64,000 nucleotides of DNA from Piromyces finnis finn (lineage: Eukaryota; Fungi; Neocallimastigomycota), in NCBI GenBank assembly GCA_002104945.1, contig MCFH01000027.1, positions 1 through 64,000 of the forward strand, read 5' to 3'. How positions within the stretch are numbered: the stretch's first letter is position 1; each line of letters opens with the position of its first letter. The notes beneath the pieces are model-generated. The model searched no databases. It was not told the origin of the DNA and worked only from the letters and a program-made list of their open reading frames with translations. Made by a program: the position numbers and the translations under genes. This document shows positions 48,846-61,954 of the stretch, one piece after another.

Positions 48846-51800
48846 AATACAAAAATAATACATTACAACTTTCCTACATATGACTCTAAAATAAATAAAA
48901 AATTGCCTACAACATTTTTCAACTTAAAATTTTTTATCCCAATTAAATTAAACAAACTTTATGATTTAAAAAATTCAATTAATAAAAATCAATACAATTT
49001 AATTTTAGATAGTGGCTCATATTGCAACTTTATTTCAATCAACTTGGTCAATAAATTAAAACTAAAACCACACAAATTATTACACTCAATTGAAATAAAT
49101 GGAATTAGTGGTTCAATATTTATTGATACATACACCTTCTTATATTTTAAGACTACTATCTATATTAATCATTCAAAATTTTTAATTACTTTTAAAGAAA
49201 AATTTCTAATTATTAAAAATCTTCCAACAGATTTGTTATTAGGCAATAAATTTTTACACAAATATCAACTACATTTTAATTATAATAAAAATTTTGTATA
49301 TTCAAGTTTAAATTTTAACAATTTTAAAAAATTAAATTCTAATAAAATTATATATAAAATTAATAAAAACCGATTGAATAAATCCAAAAATTTAAAAATT
49401 AAAAACATTAATCATAATAAATTAACTTCCAATACATCTTTTAATAATTTGAAAAATTGCTCTAAACCAAAATATCAAAATTTCAGCTATAATTACTTTA
49501 TTCACTCATTTTTAGCTAATAGTGAAAAAGATTATAATACTGATGATGAAGATGATAATGAAGAAGACTTCAAATTAGAAGAAGTACCAGAACCATATCG
49601 TGATTTAGCGGAAGTTTTCAGCAAGGTTAAGGCTGATAAACTACCACCACATAGGCTAACGGATTGTAAAATCGTTTTACAAAAAGATGCTTCTTTACAT
49701 TATGGTCCTATATATCCTCTATCTGAAGATGAATCTCTAGTTCTTAAAGAATACATAGATGAAAATCTCAAGAAAGGATTCATTAGACCATCTGAATCTC
49801 CAGCTGGTTATCCTGTTTTATTTCAGAAAAAGAAGGATGGATCGTTACGTCTTTGTATTGATTACAAAAAATTAAATGCAGTTACAATTCGCAATTCTTA
49901 CCCACTTCCTCTAATTACTGATATTATCGAAAGAGTGAAAGGTGCTAAATTCTTTTCAAAATTAGATCTTCGTTCTGCTTACAATTTAGTGCGTATTCGT
50001 GAAGGAGACGAATATAAGACAGCTTTTAGAACTAAATATGGTCACTATGAATATTTAGTAATGCCTTTTGGTCTAAGAAATGCCCCTGCTACATTTCAAT
50101 CATTTATTAATTCAGTATTACGCCCTTATTTAGAAAAATTTGTTATTTTATATTTAGATGATATTCTGATTTATTCGAAAACATTAGATGAACATATACA
50201 ACATGTTCGTACTATTCTCCAAACATTGCTCAAAAATAATTTATTTGCTAAATTAAAGAAATGTGAATTTCACAAGCCAGAAGTTGAATTTTTAGGACAC
50301 GTTATATCAGGCAATGGTATATCTACTGATCCAAAGAAAATTAAATCTGTCCAAGAATGGCCTACACCTAATTGTGTAAAAGATGTTCAACGCTTTGTTG
50401 GATTATGCAACTATTATAGAAGATTTATAAAAGATTTTGCTACTATTGCTAAACCGCTTCACAATTTAACAAAGAAAAATACTAGTTTTAATTGGAATGA
50501 TAAATGTAATAACTCATTTTTAGAATTAAAAAAGAGACTAATCTCTTCACCTATTTTATTACATCCAGATCCAACCAAACCATTTATTGTCGAATGCGAT
50601 GCTAGTAATTTTGCCATTGGTTGTATACTTTCTCAAAAGGATGAAGATAACAAATTACATCCTGTAGCATATTATTCAAGATGTTTAAACAATGCTGAAT
50701 TAAATTATTCAATTACTGAAAAGGAACTTTTAGCTATAAAATGTGCATTTTCTACCTGGAGACATTTATTACTAGGTGCTAAATACCAAGTAACCGTTTT
50801 TACTGACCATAAAAACCTTCTATACACCTTAGGTGGTAAAGTCGGAAACCAACGTCAACATCGTTGGCATTTACTTTTCCAAGAATATAATTTTCAATTA
50901 ATATACCGCCAAGGAAGAAAAAATGGTAAACCTGATAGTTTATCAAGAAGACCTGATTACGAGAAAAATAATGTTGAACCTAAACCAGAACATATATTAG
51001 ATTATAAAAACGTTCCCGATACTCCATGTTTTGTTGGTATTGTTGGTTCCCTCATTGATCAAATAATAGAAAATTATAAGGATGATGAAAATGCGAATAA
51101 TATTTATCTTTACTTTAGTCCTAATAATGCTAATCAAGGTTACTTTTACAGGCCTTTCAGAAAAATGGAAAAATTTAAAATAAAAAATAATTTAATTTTA
51201 TATAATAATTTAATTTATGTACCAGAAAAACTTCATGTAGATATTTTAACCAGGTACCATGATAACGCTACTGCTGGACATTTAGGTATTCGAAGAACTG
51301 AAGAACTAATTAACCTTAATTTTTGGTGGCCCAAAATGCATCAAGATATCGTAAATTTTGTCAATTCTTGCGAACAATGTTCCAGAAATAAAGTTAATAG
51401 ACATAAAAGATATGATCTTTTAAGACCTTTAGAAATTCCTGATCGCCCTTGGAAATCTATTGAAATCGATTTTCTTTGTGGTCTCCCTGAATCAAAAAAG
51501 TTTTCCGTTATAATGGTTGTTGTAGATCGCTTTTCAAAAATGATTCACCTTATTCCGTTCAAAGAAATACCTACAGCTGAAGAAACTGCCAAAGCTTTCC
51601 TAAAAAATATTTTTAAACTCCATGGACTACCTACAGATATTTATACGGACAGAGGAACACAATTTACTAGTGCTTTATGGATAGAAATTATGGAAAAATT
51701 GCGTGTTAAGCCAAAAATAGCTACCACAGATCACCATGAGACCGTTGGTCAAGTAGAACGTTGTAACTCTTTCATTGAACAATATTTACGTTGCTATTCA

Positions 51801-52508
51801 AGAACATTTTTCCACGATGACTGGATTGAATGGTTACATCTAGCTGAATTTGTTTATAATAATACAGTTCATGAATCTACAAAACAAACTCCATTTTTCA
51901 TTAATTATGGATTCCACCCACCTATGGATGATGTCTTTTTGTTTCAAGGTTCTGATTCAAACTTTAAATACATTAAAGATGTTAGTAAAAATTTCCTTTT
52001 AGTTAAAGATGTTTTGCTTAGATCTCAAGATTTATACAAAAGAGCTGCCGATAAGAAAAGAATTATTGCTCCTGAATTGAATGAAGGACAAAAAGTTTGG
52101 ATTCATGCACCTCCTGCTTTTGCTACTACTGAAAATGCCAAACTAGCGCCTCGTAAGTATGGTCCTTACAAGGTTTTAGAAGTTTTAAACAATGGTAATT
52201 ATAAAATAGATATTTCAAAATCACCTTTTCCAAAACACCACCCTGTATTTCACATATCGGAACTTGAACCTTATGTATCTACGCCAGATAAATTTAAAAA
52301 TAGATTTAAATATAAAGAAACTAATGCAGAAATTATAGAAATTGGTGACTTTAGGACAAATTATAAAGAAAAACGCTACGAATATAAAATTCGTTATAAA
52401 CACCGCCTAAGTTGGCACTGGGTTCCTGCTACAGTAATAGAAAGTGACCCAAGATATCAAGAATTATTAATTCAATTCAATAAAAGTATTAGAAAACACA
52501 AAATCTAA
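48801..52508 (+). CDS. Pol (protease, RT, RNase H, integrase, degenerate chromodomain), expressed as a Gag-Pol fusion
   Basis: LILDSGS, YLDDIL, ECDASNFAIGCIL, YHDNATAGHLG..C..C, IDF..TDRG..E, YGPYKV. No internal stops; frame stays open upstream of the TTG used by the ORF track. Confidence 0.94.
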   Translation, partial: KKLRNELSRESKRVHNTKIIHYNFPTYDSKINKKLPTTFFNLKFFIPIKLNKLYDLKNSINKNQYNLILDSGSYCNFISINLVNKLKLKPHKLLHSIEINGISGSIFIDTYTFLYFKTTIYINHSKFLITFKEKFLIIKNLPTDLLLGNKFLHKYQLHFNYNKNFVYSSLNFNNFKKLNSNKIIYKINKNRLNKSKNLKIKNINHNKLTSNTSFNNLKNCSKPKYQNFSYNYFIHSFLANSEKDYNTDDEDDNEEDFKLEEVPEPYRDLAEVFSKVKADKLPPHRLTDCKIVLQKDASLHYGPIYPLSEDESLVLKEYIDENLKKGFIRPSESPAGYPVLFQKKKDGSLRLCIDYKKLNAVTIRNSYPLPLITDIIERVKGAKFFSKLDLRSAYNLVRIREGDEYKTAFRTKYGHYEYLVMPFGLRNAPATFQSFINSVLRPYLEKFVILYLDDILIYSKTLDEHIQHVRTILQTLLKNNLFAKLKKCEFHKPEVEFLGHVISGNGISTDPKKIKSVQEWPTPNCVKDVQRFVGLCNYYRRFIKDFATIAKPLHNLTKKNTSFNWNDKCNNSFLELKKRLISSPILLHPDPTKPFIVECDASNFAIGCILSQKDEDNKLHPVAYYSRCLNNAELNYSITEKELLAIKCAFSTWRHLLLGAKYQVTVFTDHKNLLYTLGGKVGNQRQHRWHLLFQEYNFQLIYRQGRKNGKPDSLSRRPDYEKNNVEPKPEHILDYKNVPDTPCFVGIVGSLIDQIIENYKDDENANNIYLYFSPNNANQGYFYRPFRKMEKFKIKNNLILYNNLIYVPEKLHVDILTRYHDNATAGHLGIRRTEELINLNFWWPKMHQDIVNFVNSCEQCSRNKVNRHKRYDLLRPLEIPDRPWKSIEIDFLCGLPESKKFSVIMVVVDRFSKMIHLIPFKEIPTAEETAKAFLKNIFKLHGLPTDIYTDRGTQFTSALWIEIMEKLRVKPKIATTDHHETVGQVERCNSFIEQYLRCYSRTFFHDDWIEWLHLAEFVYNNTVHESTKQTPFFINYGFHPPMDDVFLFQGSDSNFKYIKDVSKNFLLVKDVLLRSQDLYKRAADKKRIIAPELNEGQKVWIHAPPAFATTENAKLAPRKYGPYKVLEVLNNGNYKIDISKSPFPKHHPVFHISELEPYVSTPDKFKNRFKYKETNAEIIEIGDFRTNYKEKRYEYKIRYKHRLSWHWVPATVIESDPRYQELLIQFNKSIRKHKI

Positions 52509-53430
52509 TTCTTTAAATTGCATTTCAACAATTTTATTTTTTAAAAATTTATTAATATCTTTCACTAACATTATGTTTTATTATAATTTGTATTACTCAT
52601 CTAATACATTTCAACACAAATTTCAAAAATTTTTTTCTATGAATGTTAAATTTCAATTCAATAATTTTTGATCCAACAATTTTATCAATTTATTTAATTT
52701 AAAACACAAAATTTTTATAATGAAAATTAAATATTTAAAGAGAATAATTTTCAATTTATTTTAGCAGTACAATTACAAATATTTATATGTTGTTAATGCT
52801 TATTTTATTCTCTATTCAATAGTATCAATTTCAATATTGTCACTATCTCGATCGATCATTAAAATCAATATTTTTCAGTGACATTTTTTCAAAAAGTTTA
52901 GTTCAAAATTTTTTTTGTATTTAATGAAAAAATTTTTTATTATTAAAAATTTTTCAAAAATTTCAAAAATTTTTTTTTTTTTCAAAATCATATTAATTAA
53001 AGTTTATTTGATCAATTTTTGAAATTTCAATTATTTTAGCAAATGTTAACATTTTTCAAAAATAAAAAGTGTTTCATTATCCTAGGAATAATATTTCTTA
53101 TTCAAATTTTAATTTTTCGTACGAATTTCAATTTTTTCACTCAATGATCAATTTAAATTTCAACATTTCTTTCAAAAATTTTATGAATTTGACTGAATGT
53201 TACACAAGAAAATGTTTTTTAATTTTTTTTCATATATTGCAATATATTCATCATATTATATTAAATATATTCTTTATTTAGTTACCATTTTATTTCATGT
53301 TACACATACAACTATATATTGGTTTATATTTAATATATACTACTTCAATTTATTTCAATTATACTTTATTATACAACTTTATTTTATATTATTTCAATCG
53401 CCTGGTATTCGATTTTTTTTGGCGGAGCGA

Positions 53431-54646
53431 TGTCACGAATACTAGTGAAATTACAATTTCAAGATCACTTGGAATTGTGAAATCACTTATGAAAATTCAA
53501 AATCAACAAATATTTTATTTTCAAATAAATTATAAAATTTTATTAAGAAATATTTAAAAATTTAGGAAAGGTTAAAATATGACCTTAACCCTTAATAATT
53601 TTTATAATAAATAACTTTAACCCTTATCGTTAAAATGGAATAAGAAAAAACACGCGTATCTCCTCAACGAATGACGATTTTTGAATAAAAATATTTTGGT
53701 TATAATTACGTTCGTTAGAAAGCCACGCTCGAGACAAACAACATATCTTAAAATCAGGTCAATATCTCTGCTGGTTCATGAGATATTCCAATTTAAAGAT
53801 ATTTTGTTAGCAATGATTAATTGTTTATTCAGAGAATGATCACCCCTGATATATCAAACATAAATCATTCACTCAAAGTATAAAAATTATTGTTTAATTA
53901 AATCAAAATTATTTTCCGGAACTAATTAACTTTATTTTATAATAATTATTTCAATAACATAATTTATAATCTTTGAACTAGAGGATTATAATTATTGATA
54001 TTATATTCAATGAATTATATTATAATTAAGAAATAATTAATATTATGAATATTATAAACAATAGTTATTTTTTAATAATTAGGAATAAGTCTTAAGTTTA
54101 GTTTAAGTATTATAAAATATATTATGAATATAATCATGTATTGAAAAATTATTTTATTATTAAATGTAAAATTACAAATAGTATAAATAGTTTAGAATAG
54201 TTATGAAATTAAAATCTTTGTAAAAATTATTAACTATAAATTATTAACTATAAATTATTAACTATAAATTATTAACTATAAATTATTAACTATAAATTAT
54301 TAACTATAAATTATTAACTATAAATTATTAACTATAAATTATTAACTATGAATTATTAACTATGAATTATTAGCTATAGATTATTAACTAGAAATTATTA
54401 ACTATTAATAATAATTAATACTTAATGAGTATTACTACTAAATAATCTTATTATTATATTTTAGCAATATATTATTAAATAAAATAAAAGAAATTATTTT
54501 AACCATAATATATAATTTAATTATTCATTTATAAATCAATTAAGATTATTTTAATAAAACATTTTTTTTCTAACCTAGTTATCTTTTAACCTTTTATTTA
54601 ATTTAATATTTTAATATTAAATTATAAGTTTAGTAAAACTTTTACA
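53431..54646 (+). repeat. 3' LTR of retrotransposon 3 (1216 bp; 14-bp repeat x13 at 54224-54405)
   Basis: TGTCACG...TTTTACA followed by TSD ACGTT. Confidence 0.93.
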
Positions 54647-55782
54647 ACGTTTTATTATAAAAATAATTATTAAATAATTTTATATAGTTTAGCATAAAAA
54701 TATAATTTACATAAAATCAAATATTTTATAAATTTATATATTTGATTGGGTTAAATTATAAAAATAATTTTTAATATAAAGAATAATAATAATTTTTAGT
54801 AGAAAATAGGAAGACTTAACATATTAATAAGAAGTTGAATTTTTAATAATAGTTAATATAGTTAGTTAAATAATACATAATAATAATTAAAAGACAAAAA
54901 TAAGTTTTTATATAATAAAAATTATTGTTAAAAAAGAGTATAAAAACAATAAATAAAAGAAAATATAAAAACGAAATTAAACTTGTCTAGTTTGTAATTA
55001 TTGTGTTAATAATAAATAATATTTTATAGAATAAATCTGGTGTTATTATTCTATATAAATATTATTAAATAATAAAACTATAAATATTATAAAATAAATT
55101 AAAATAAATAATAAAACAAGTAGATATTGTTAAAGCTCGTACAATAGCTGTCGAGATAAAACAATATAAGGTAACGAATAAGTAGTTTAAAAAGTTGTAG
55201 AATAACTACCATTCCGTTATCATTACTGATACGTTACCTCTATAAAAATAAGAAATTAGCATAAATTCTAGGTAAAAAGTAATTTAGGTTAGAAAATAGT
55301 AATAATATAATATTGTAGAATAAATTATTAATGTACATTAATGTACATAGTCAATAATAGTAATAATAATTCTAATAATATAGCGGAGTTATAGGAAAAA
55401 TGATATAAAAATAGTATAAAAAGAACAAAGAGAAAAAAAAAAAGGAATAATTAGTTGGGGAAGAATATTTTGGAAGAGAATTATTTAAAGGAGTTAAATA
55501 ATTCTATTAGGTTATATTATTTGTTCTTAAATATAAATTATTCTTATTCTTTTAATTGTAAAAAACCTTTCATTCATTAATTATAAATAAAGATTGAAGA
55601 TATAACAAAAATATTATATAAATTACATGTTTCTTTCTTTCTATTTTACTTATTAAAAGTATTGAAATTGTTATTATTAATTTCCTTTATTAGAATATAT
55701 TATTTTATAATTCCCTATTTGCTTTGTCCTAAAATAAATAAATTATTTTGTGGTACTTTATGAAAATATTGTATCATTACTG

Positions 55783-57552
55783 TGTAATAATTATATTATA
55801 TTTATTATATAATAATAATTATTAGCTTTAATGTGAAGATATTAACTGGATTTAAAACAAATTCAGATAATATCTATAATTAATTAAACATAATAATTAG
55901 AATTAAATAATCCCAATAATTATTTTAAAACACCTTTAAAAGTCACCTTTTAAATTTTGGTTCAGTGAAAGGGTTATGATTTCAAAAAATTTAATATCAA
56001 TACACTATAACCCTTAACCAAAAATAAACAAACACGAAACAAGGTGTAACTCGCCAAAAACGATCGCTACGGCTGTAAGTGATACGGCTATGAAACCAGG
56101 TTTATTAGAAAGCTTAAGGAAAAAGCTACATTTTGGTACAATCGCGGTCCTTCTAACAGGTCATTTAAGGAAGATATGATCATTCGAAGATTTTAATAAG
56201 TAAATTAAAATTAATATGATATCAAGTATGGATCATAGACATTTCTTATGATTTGACGAAAATTAAAAAGATATCAATAGAAATTCTAATTATATTAATT
56301 TAATTAATGATAGTGACTGTTACTAAAAATAGAACTAAACCATTTAGGTGTAACGGTTAACATTTATAAATTAAATAATTTTAATTATTATAAAATAGGT
56401 TAATGGATCAAGTGTTTAAATGATTAATCATATGTTTATTTTATTTTATGTCATGACAAAACAAACAAACAAACAAACAAACAATCTTATTATATTATTA
56501 ACATATTACATGTAATACTTTATTTTTATCAATTTAATAATCTGAACAAAGAATATAAAATAGAATGAATTGAATTCGATTTTAATTCTTTGTAAAGATT
56601 ATAGTTATAATCTTAATTATATAGTTATTAAATATATTATCATTTATATTATTATTAATAAATAAATAAAATTTTATAAAAAAGTTATTCTAAAGAATAA
56701 ATATTAATTTCTCATTTGGAAGTTTAAAGGGTTATTTTATATTTAAATTTAATTTCTTAAAAAACATATTTACTATATAATTGATAACATTCTGACCTGG
56801 CCGCATAACCAAATCCAAAAACTTAACATTTAAATTAATAATATAAACTATTATTAAAATGTGAAAATAAAGGTAAAATTAGAAACTTAACTTAATGAGT
56901 TTATTATAAGAAATTATAATAAACAAAACCAAATGTATCAGAATTATTTTGTGTATTTAATAGTTTTTTTAATATTTATTTTATTACTTATTATTTTGTA
57001 TAAAGTTATTTATTATAATTAATCTTATAATAATAACTCTTGATTTCTCAAATCGAACTCAAGAGTACTATTTATATGTTTTATTCTATTAAATTAAAAT
57101 TTCTAAGAACATTCTAATCTTAACAAGAATCTTTTTAGGAAAAGACTAGAAGAAAAACCTAAAAAGTTATTTGATTGATATTCTAATCATACCAATCATC
57201 GTAATATTAAGTAAAACCGTTGATAACGGGTAAAACCTTAATATCCGATTTCCTATTACATACTAATATATAGTTGTATAATATTATTAATGTAATTAGT
57301 ATGTGTTTTATCTTTTATAATACAAGTATATATATAAATGAATGTATAAATACATAATTAAATAAATTAATTAATCTAATATAGTGAATGAATAATTATT
57401 AACTAAATAAATATTTACAATATTTAACTTAACAAATAACTATAATAATAAATAAATATATTAATATAATCTAATGGATTAATGATTATTAACTAAATAA
57501 ATTATTTGTAATGTTTAATACTAATAATAAATAATAAGTATTTATTCTTACA
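55783..57552 (-). mobile_element. Family E solo LTR with nested family G insertion
   Basis: Reverse complement of 29175-30553, TSD TACTG/TATTG (4 of 5). Module at 57112-57249. Confidence 0.85.
55832..56828. mobile_element. Family G solo LTR-like insertion (997 bp)
   Basis: TGTGAAG...CTTAACA with TSD TTTAA. Its removal restores the E sequence seen at 29870-29900. Confidence 0.85.
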
Positions 57553-58335
57553 TATTGATACAAGATGCATAGAAAAATATAATATTTTAAATATTTTATG
57601 AATAATATCTAATCCTTTTATAAATTGTATATCAATACTAGTGTTAATAATAATTAAACTATATTAGTATAAATTATTATGACGCAAATGTTACACATAT
57701 ATTAGAATAATTAATTACACAAGAAATGAAAAGATATAAAAATAGTGATAAAGAACAAGATATAAAAAAAAAGAGAGAACTTTTCATTTATAAATAATAT
57801 TTGATATTTTAGTTTTAAGTATAAGTTCTATTTTATTTTATTTTAGTTACAGTTTATTTTAGTTTAGTTTTAGGTTACTAATTACGTATTTAGTATTTAT
57901 TATATTTAATTCAGTTTAAAATATTAATTATAAAAGAAAAGAATAATTATTGTTTATTTTTATTATTTCAAAAAGTTATATTTTATTATTAATAAGAATT
58001 TTATCAACATATTTTTATATTTACATTTTATATTTAACTATTTATATTTATTAAATAATAACTTTCGATTCTACTAGTATTGAATGTTATTAATCTTATA
58101 ATCATAATAATAATAATAATAATTAAATAAAGAAACTTTAAACCAAAATCTATTTAATTATATTATTATAAAATCTATTATTTTTATTATTTATTTTTAT
58201 TATTTATTTTTATTATTATAAAATAGAAATAAATACAATATTATCTAATATATTATTCAACTATCATTCCCTATTGCTAACGTTCACAATTATATTTTAT
58301 TTATGGTGTTTTTGAAATATATTGCATCATTGTTG

Positions 58336-59814
58336 TGTAATAATTCCACTATAAATTATTATATAATAGAATTATTAACTACAATTTATTGATAAATTGA
58401 GAATAATAAAAAAAAAATAAATATTAATACTTATCTTTAAGTTCGAGTTTATTATAAGAGTAGAAATAATTTTACACTTTAATAAGTTAATATGTTTTAT
58501 TATAACTAAGTTAAGTAAAATAAAATTAAAAAACACTTTTATTATTATAATTTGTTTCTTATAATAATAACTCTTGATTCCTTAGAAGAGAATCAAGAGT
58601 CTTATTTATATTATTTAATAAATTTAAAGTTTAAATTAAAATTTTATCTAATCTTAACAAAATAATTTTTTGTTTAGGAAAAGATTAGAAGAAAAACCTA
58701 AACAAAGTTCGATCAATATTCTATACATATTGATCATCGTATATTTTAAGTAAAACCAATTATTTTAGAAATTGGAAAAACCTTAAAATATCGATTCCTA
58801 AACAATGAATAATTATTTTAAAGTAATTAATTAAATAAATAATTAAATATATTTGATAAAAATATAAAGTTAAATAAAAGTAATTAATTAAATTAATTAA
58901 TTAAATGAATAAATATAATTAATAAAAATATAAAGTTAAATAAAAGTAATTAATTAAATTAATTAATTAAATGCATAAATATAATTAATAAAAATATTAA
59001 ATAAAATATTAATGAATAATATAATTAAATGGCTAAATGTAATTTAAGATATTAAAATTAAGTGAAAATAAATAATTAAAATAAATTTAAATGAGAATAA
59101 TTATTTAAATAAACTAATATTAATAACATTAATTAATAATTAATAATTAATGTGTAAAGACATCAAACGCCTCTGTTTGATATCTTTAATGTAACTTAAG
59201 CCACAAGTATTATTGTTTAAGTTACACAAATTATATTCAGAAAAAGAAAATGAGACATAATTTATTTATTAATAATTAAAGTTTAAAACAAAATAAATTA
59301 TTAATTTATTTTTAATGTTTAACAAGTAAATTAATATTCTCAATTTAAATCCCTAGTTTTAGTATTGTTTTTTTATAGAAATAGATAAATAATAAATGAT
59401 TAATATATCAATAATACATGGGCACATATTCAAATTAAATGGTACTTAATTTGAATTGCCAATTGTATTTTACTAAAAATAGTTATAGTTTAAATATTTA
59501 TTAATAATTAAGATTTTAGTGTAGATTTTAAATAATAATATATAAGAAATAAATAGCTATAATATAATATAAATGTATTTAGGAAAAATATAAATAGAAG
59601 ATATTTTTCATCATTTTATCGATGTAATTGTTATTATTAAAATTCTATTATAATAAAAGATATTTTATAAAACAATTTTTTATTCTATTTTTCAAATTTT
59701 TGTGTTATTGTAATAGGTTAGATATCCTAATCTATTCGGTTTAGTGTCTGACTTTACATAATGATTTTAACTAAGAAATATTAATTATGTATCAAATAAT
59801 TATTATTTCTTACA
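58336..59814 (-). mobile_element. Family B solo LTR with nested family A LTR
   Basis: TSD TGTTG, near-identical to 44230-45015, internal 66-bp duplication near 58860-58990. Module at 58647-58795. Confidence 0.9.
59153..59758 (+). mobile_element. Family A solo LTR (606 bp)
   Basis: TGTAAAG...TTTACA, TSD TAATG. Empty site visible in the other B copy near 44960. Confidence 0.92.
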
Positions 59815-59919
59815 TGTTGATAAGGAATAATGATATAATGTTTTTATTATTAAAATAGCTTAACCATTTATCATTATTATCATATTTAAGTTAACTAAAT
59901 TTTTAATTAATAAATTAAT

Positions 59920-60261
59920 ATTATTTATCTAGGTGTAAATATTTTAATTAAATTTTATTTTTATTAAATTGAACTAATATTATATTCTAAATTAAACTTA
60001 TTTTTAAATTATTAAACTATATTATTTTATAAATTAAACAACTTATTAATTATTTTTATTGTTTAGTTATTAAAATATCTTTTATTTATTATTATTTATC
60101 TAGGTGTAAATATTTTAATTAAATTTTATTTTTATTAAATTGAACTAATATTATATTCTAAATTAAACTTATTTTTAAATTATTAAACTATATTATTTTA
60201 TAAATTAAACAACTTATTAATTATTTTTATTGTTTAGTTATTAAAATATCTTTTATTTATT
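59920..60261. repeat. 171-bp tandem duplication
   Basis: AGGTGTAAAT at 59931 and 60102; the two units look identical. Confidence 0.9.
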
Positions 60262-60459
60262 AAGATTTTAATGTATTTTTTTTTGTTTATTTCCGAAATT
60301 AATAATTAAAATATTGATAATTGATATTAAACTTTAAATGTATAAATTTATATAAAATAAAAAGAGAAGTTCTAATAAAAACGATATACAAGAAAAATAA
60401 AAATAAGCATTAAAATTTAAATATTTATTATCCCCTATTATTTAACAGAACCTTACCAT

Positions 60460-61251
60460 TGTGATAAATAATGAAATTAATAAATATAAAATTATTATTA
60501 AACCTGATTTCTAAGTTAACCCTAAAAGTAACTTAAAACAAGTTATAGTTTAATTAAGTACTTTACCAAAATTCTTAAATAAAATTAATCCTAAACACTG
60601 CATATATTTTGATTATTGAAAGAAAATAATAAACTTTAATTAATCGAGATCAAAATATATAACTCTTGTTAAATTAATTGTTAAATTAAATATTTAATAA
60701 CTTCGTTAGTAAATTACACTTTAAAAGTAAACAAATATAATAATTCATGTTATAAAATAATATAATTAAACACCTTTATTAAAACATTAAAAATAATTAT
60801 TACTTTAATTAATTGTAAAATAAACAACTTTTTATATTCTTTAACTTTTAATTGTTTCTTTTATTGTTATTTTTAATTACTTTTATTACTTTTATTGTAA
60901 ATAATTATTGATTTTATTATTTTAATGTAAATAGTTTAAATTCAAAAGAAAATATAAATACATGTAAATATTCTTATTTTAATCATTATTATTATTATTA
61001 ATATAAAGAAATATTATATAGTTTAGATTAATATTTTATAATTTTAATAATCACTTTATACTTAAATAAATAAAATTTTAAATAATTAAATATAAGAAAA
61101 ACGAGTGTTTCTAATAAAACAATTTAGTGTTTTTAATAAAACAATTTTAAATTCTAATCCATATAACTTATATAATTATAATCAAAGATATAATATAATA
61201 ATCACTTTTTGAAGTAAAATTCAAAATTAAGATTATTATCAAATTATATCA
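60460..61251 (+). mobile_element. Family C LTR-like repeat
   Basis: Starts TGTGATAAATAATG; matches 26313-27125. Confidence 0.75.
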
Positions 61252-61259
61252 ATTGTAAT

Positions 61260-61842
61260 TGTAAGAATTTAATATATAATTTTAATTATATATGTACATT
61301 CTTAACTACAATGTAATAATACACTGTAAGTAATATAATAATATAACTATATACACAAAATAATTAAAGCGTATCTTTAATGTTTGTTTTATTCTTATTT
61401 TAATTTATTTAATAATTTTTCTTTTGATATAATTTTTAAAAAATTTTTATTAAAAATTCTCTTAATAAGTTTTGAGTTTATTTTTTCTTACAAAGAAAAA
61501 ATAATAACTCTTGAATTTTTTAATTAAATTCAAGAGTTGTTTTATTTATAGGAATTTTAAAATTTTAGGTTAAATTAAAGAATTTTCTAGTCTAACAAAT
61601 AAATCTTCTAGGGAAAGACTAGATAAGAAAACCCTAGAATAATTTCGATTAATAATATATTCTTATTAATCACCGAATAATTAAATCAAAACCTATTTGT
61701 GATAGGAAAAATATTTAATATCCGGTTCCTATTAATTTTACTTTAATTTTAATTTAGATAATAATATAAACTAAATAATTAAATAAAATGTTTAATATAA
61801 TTAAACTAAAACTACAATTTAATTTACATTACAAATATTACA
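61260..61842 (-). mobile_element. Family F LTR-like repeat (diverged relative of B/E)
   Basis: Same hairpin, pseudoknot and ENE layout (61586-61726) at the same distance from a TGTAAG end. Right boundary uncertain. Confidence 0.55.
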
Positions 61843-61954
61843 TAATAAGTATTGTTACATTTATAAAATATTAATAAAATAAAACATGAAAAATGTATAC
61901 ATTTTAATAAGAAATATAGAATTACTTAAGTTTAATTCTAATTTCATACAGTGA

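Larger units (their letters stand above)
47073..54646 (+). mobile_element. Retrotransposon 3: full-length Ty3/Gypsy element with intact gag and pol
   Basis: LTRs 47073-47833 and 53431-54646, TG..CA ends, TSD ACGTT (47068-47072 and 54647-54651), PPT GGCGGAGCGA at 53421-53430. Confidence 0.96.

Noticed and set aside
54652-55780. Possible host gene or element leader in the unique stretch after retrotransposon 3 (also 27210-29170 and 57553-58330)
   Set aside because: No ORF of 60 aa or more, no second copy in the window, and no termini or TSD that I could verify.
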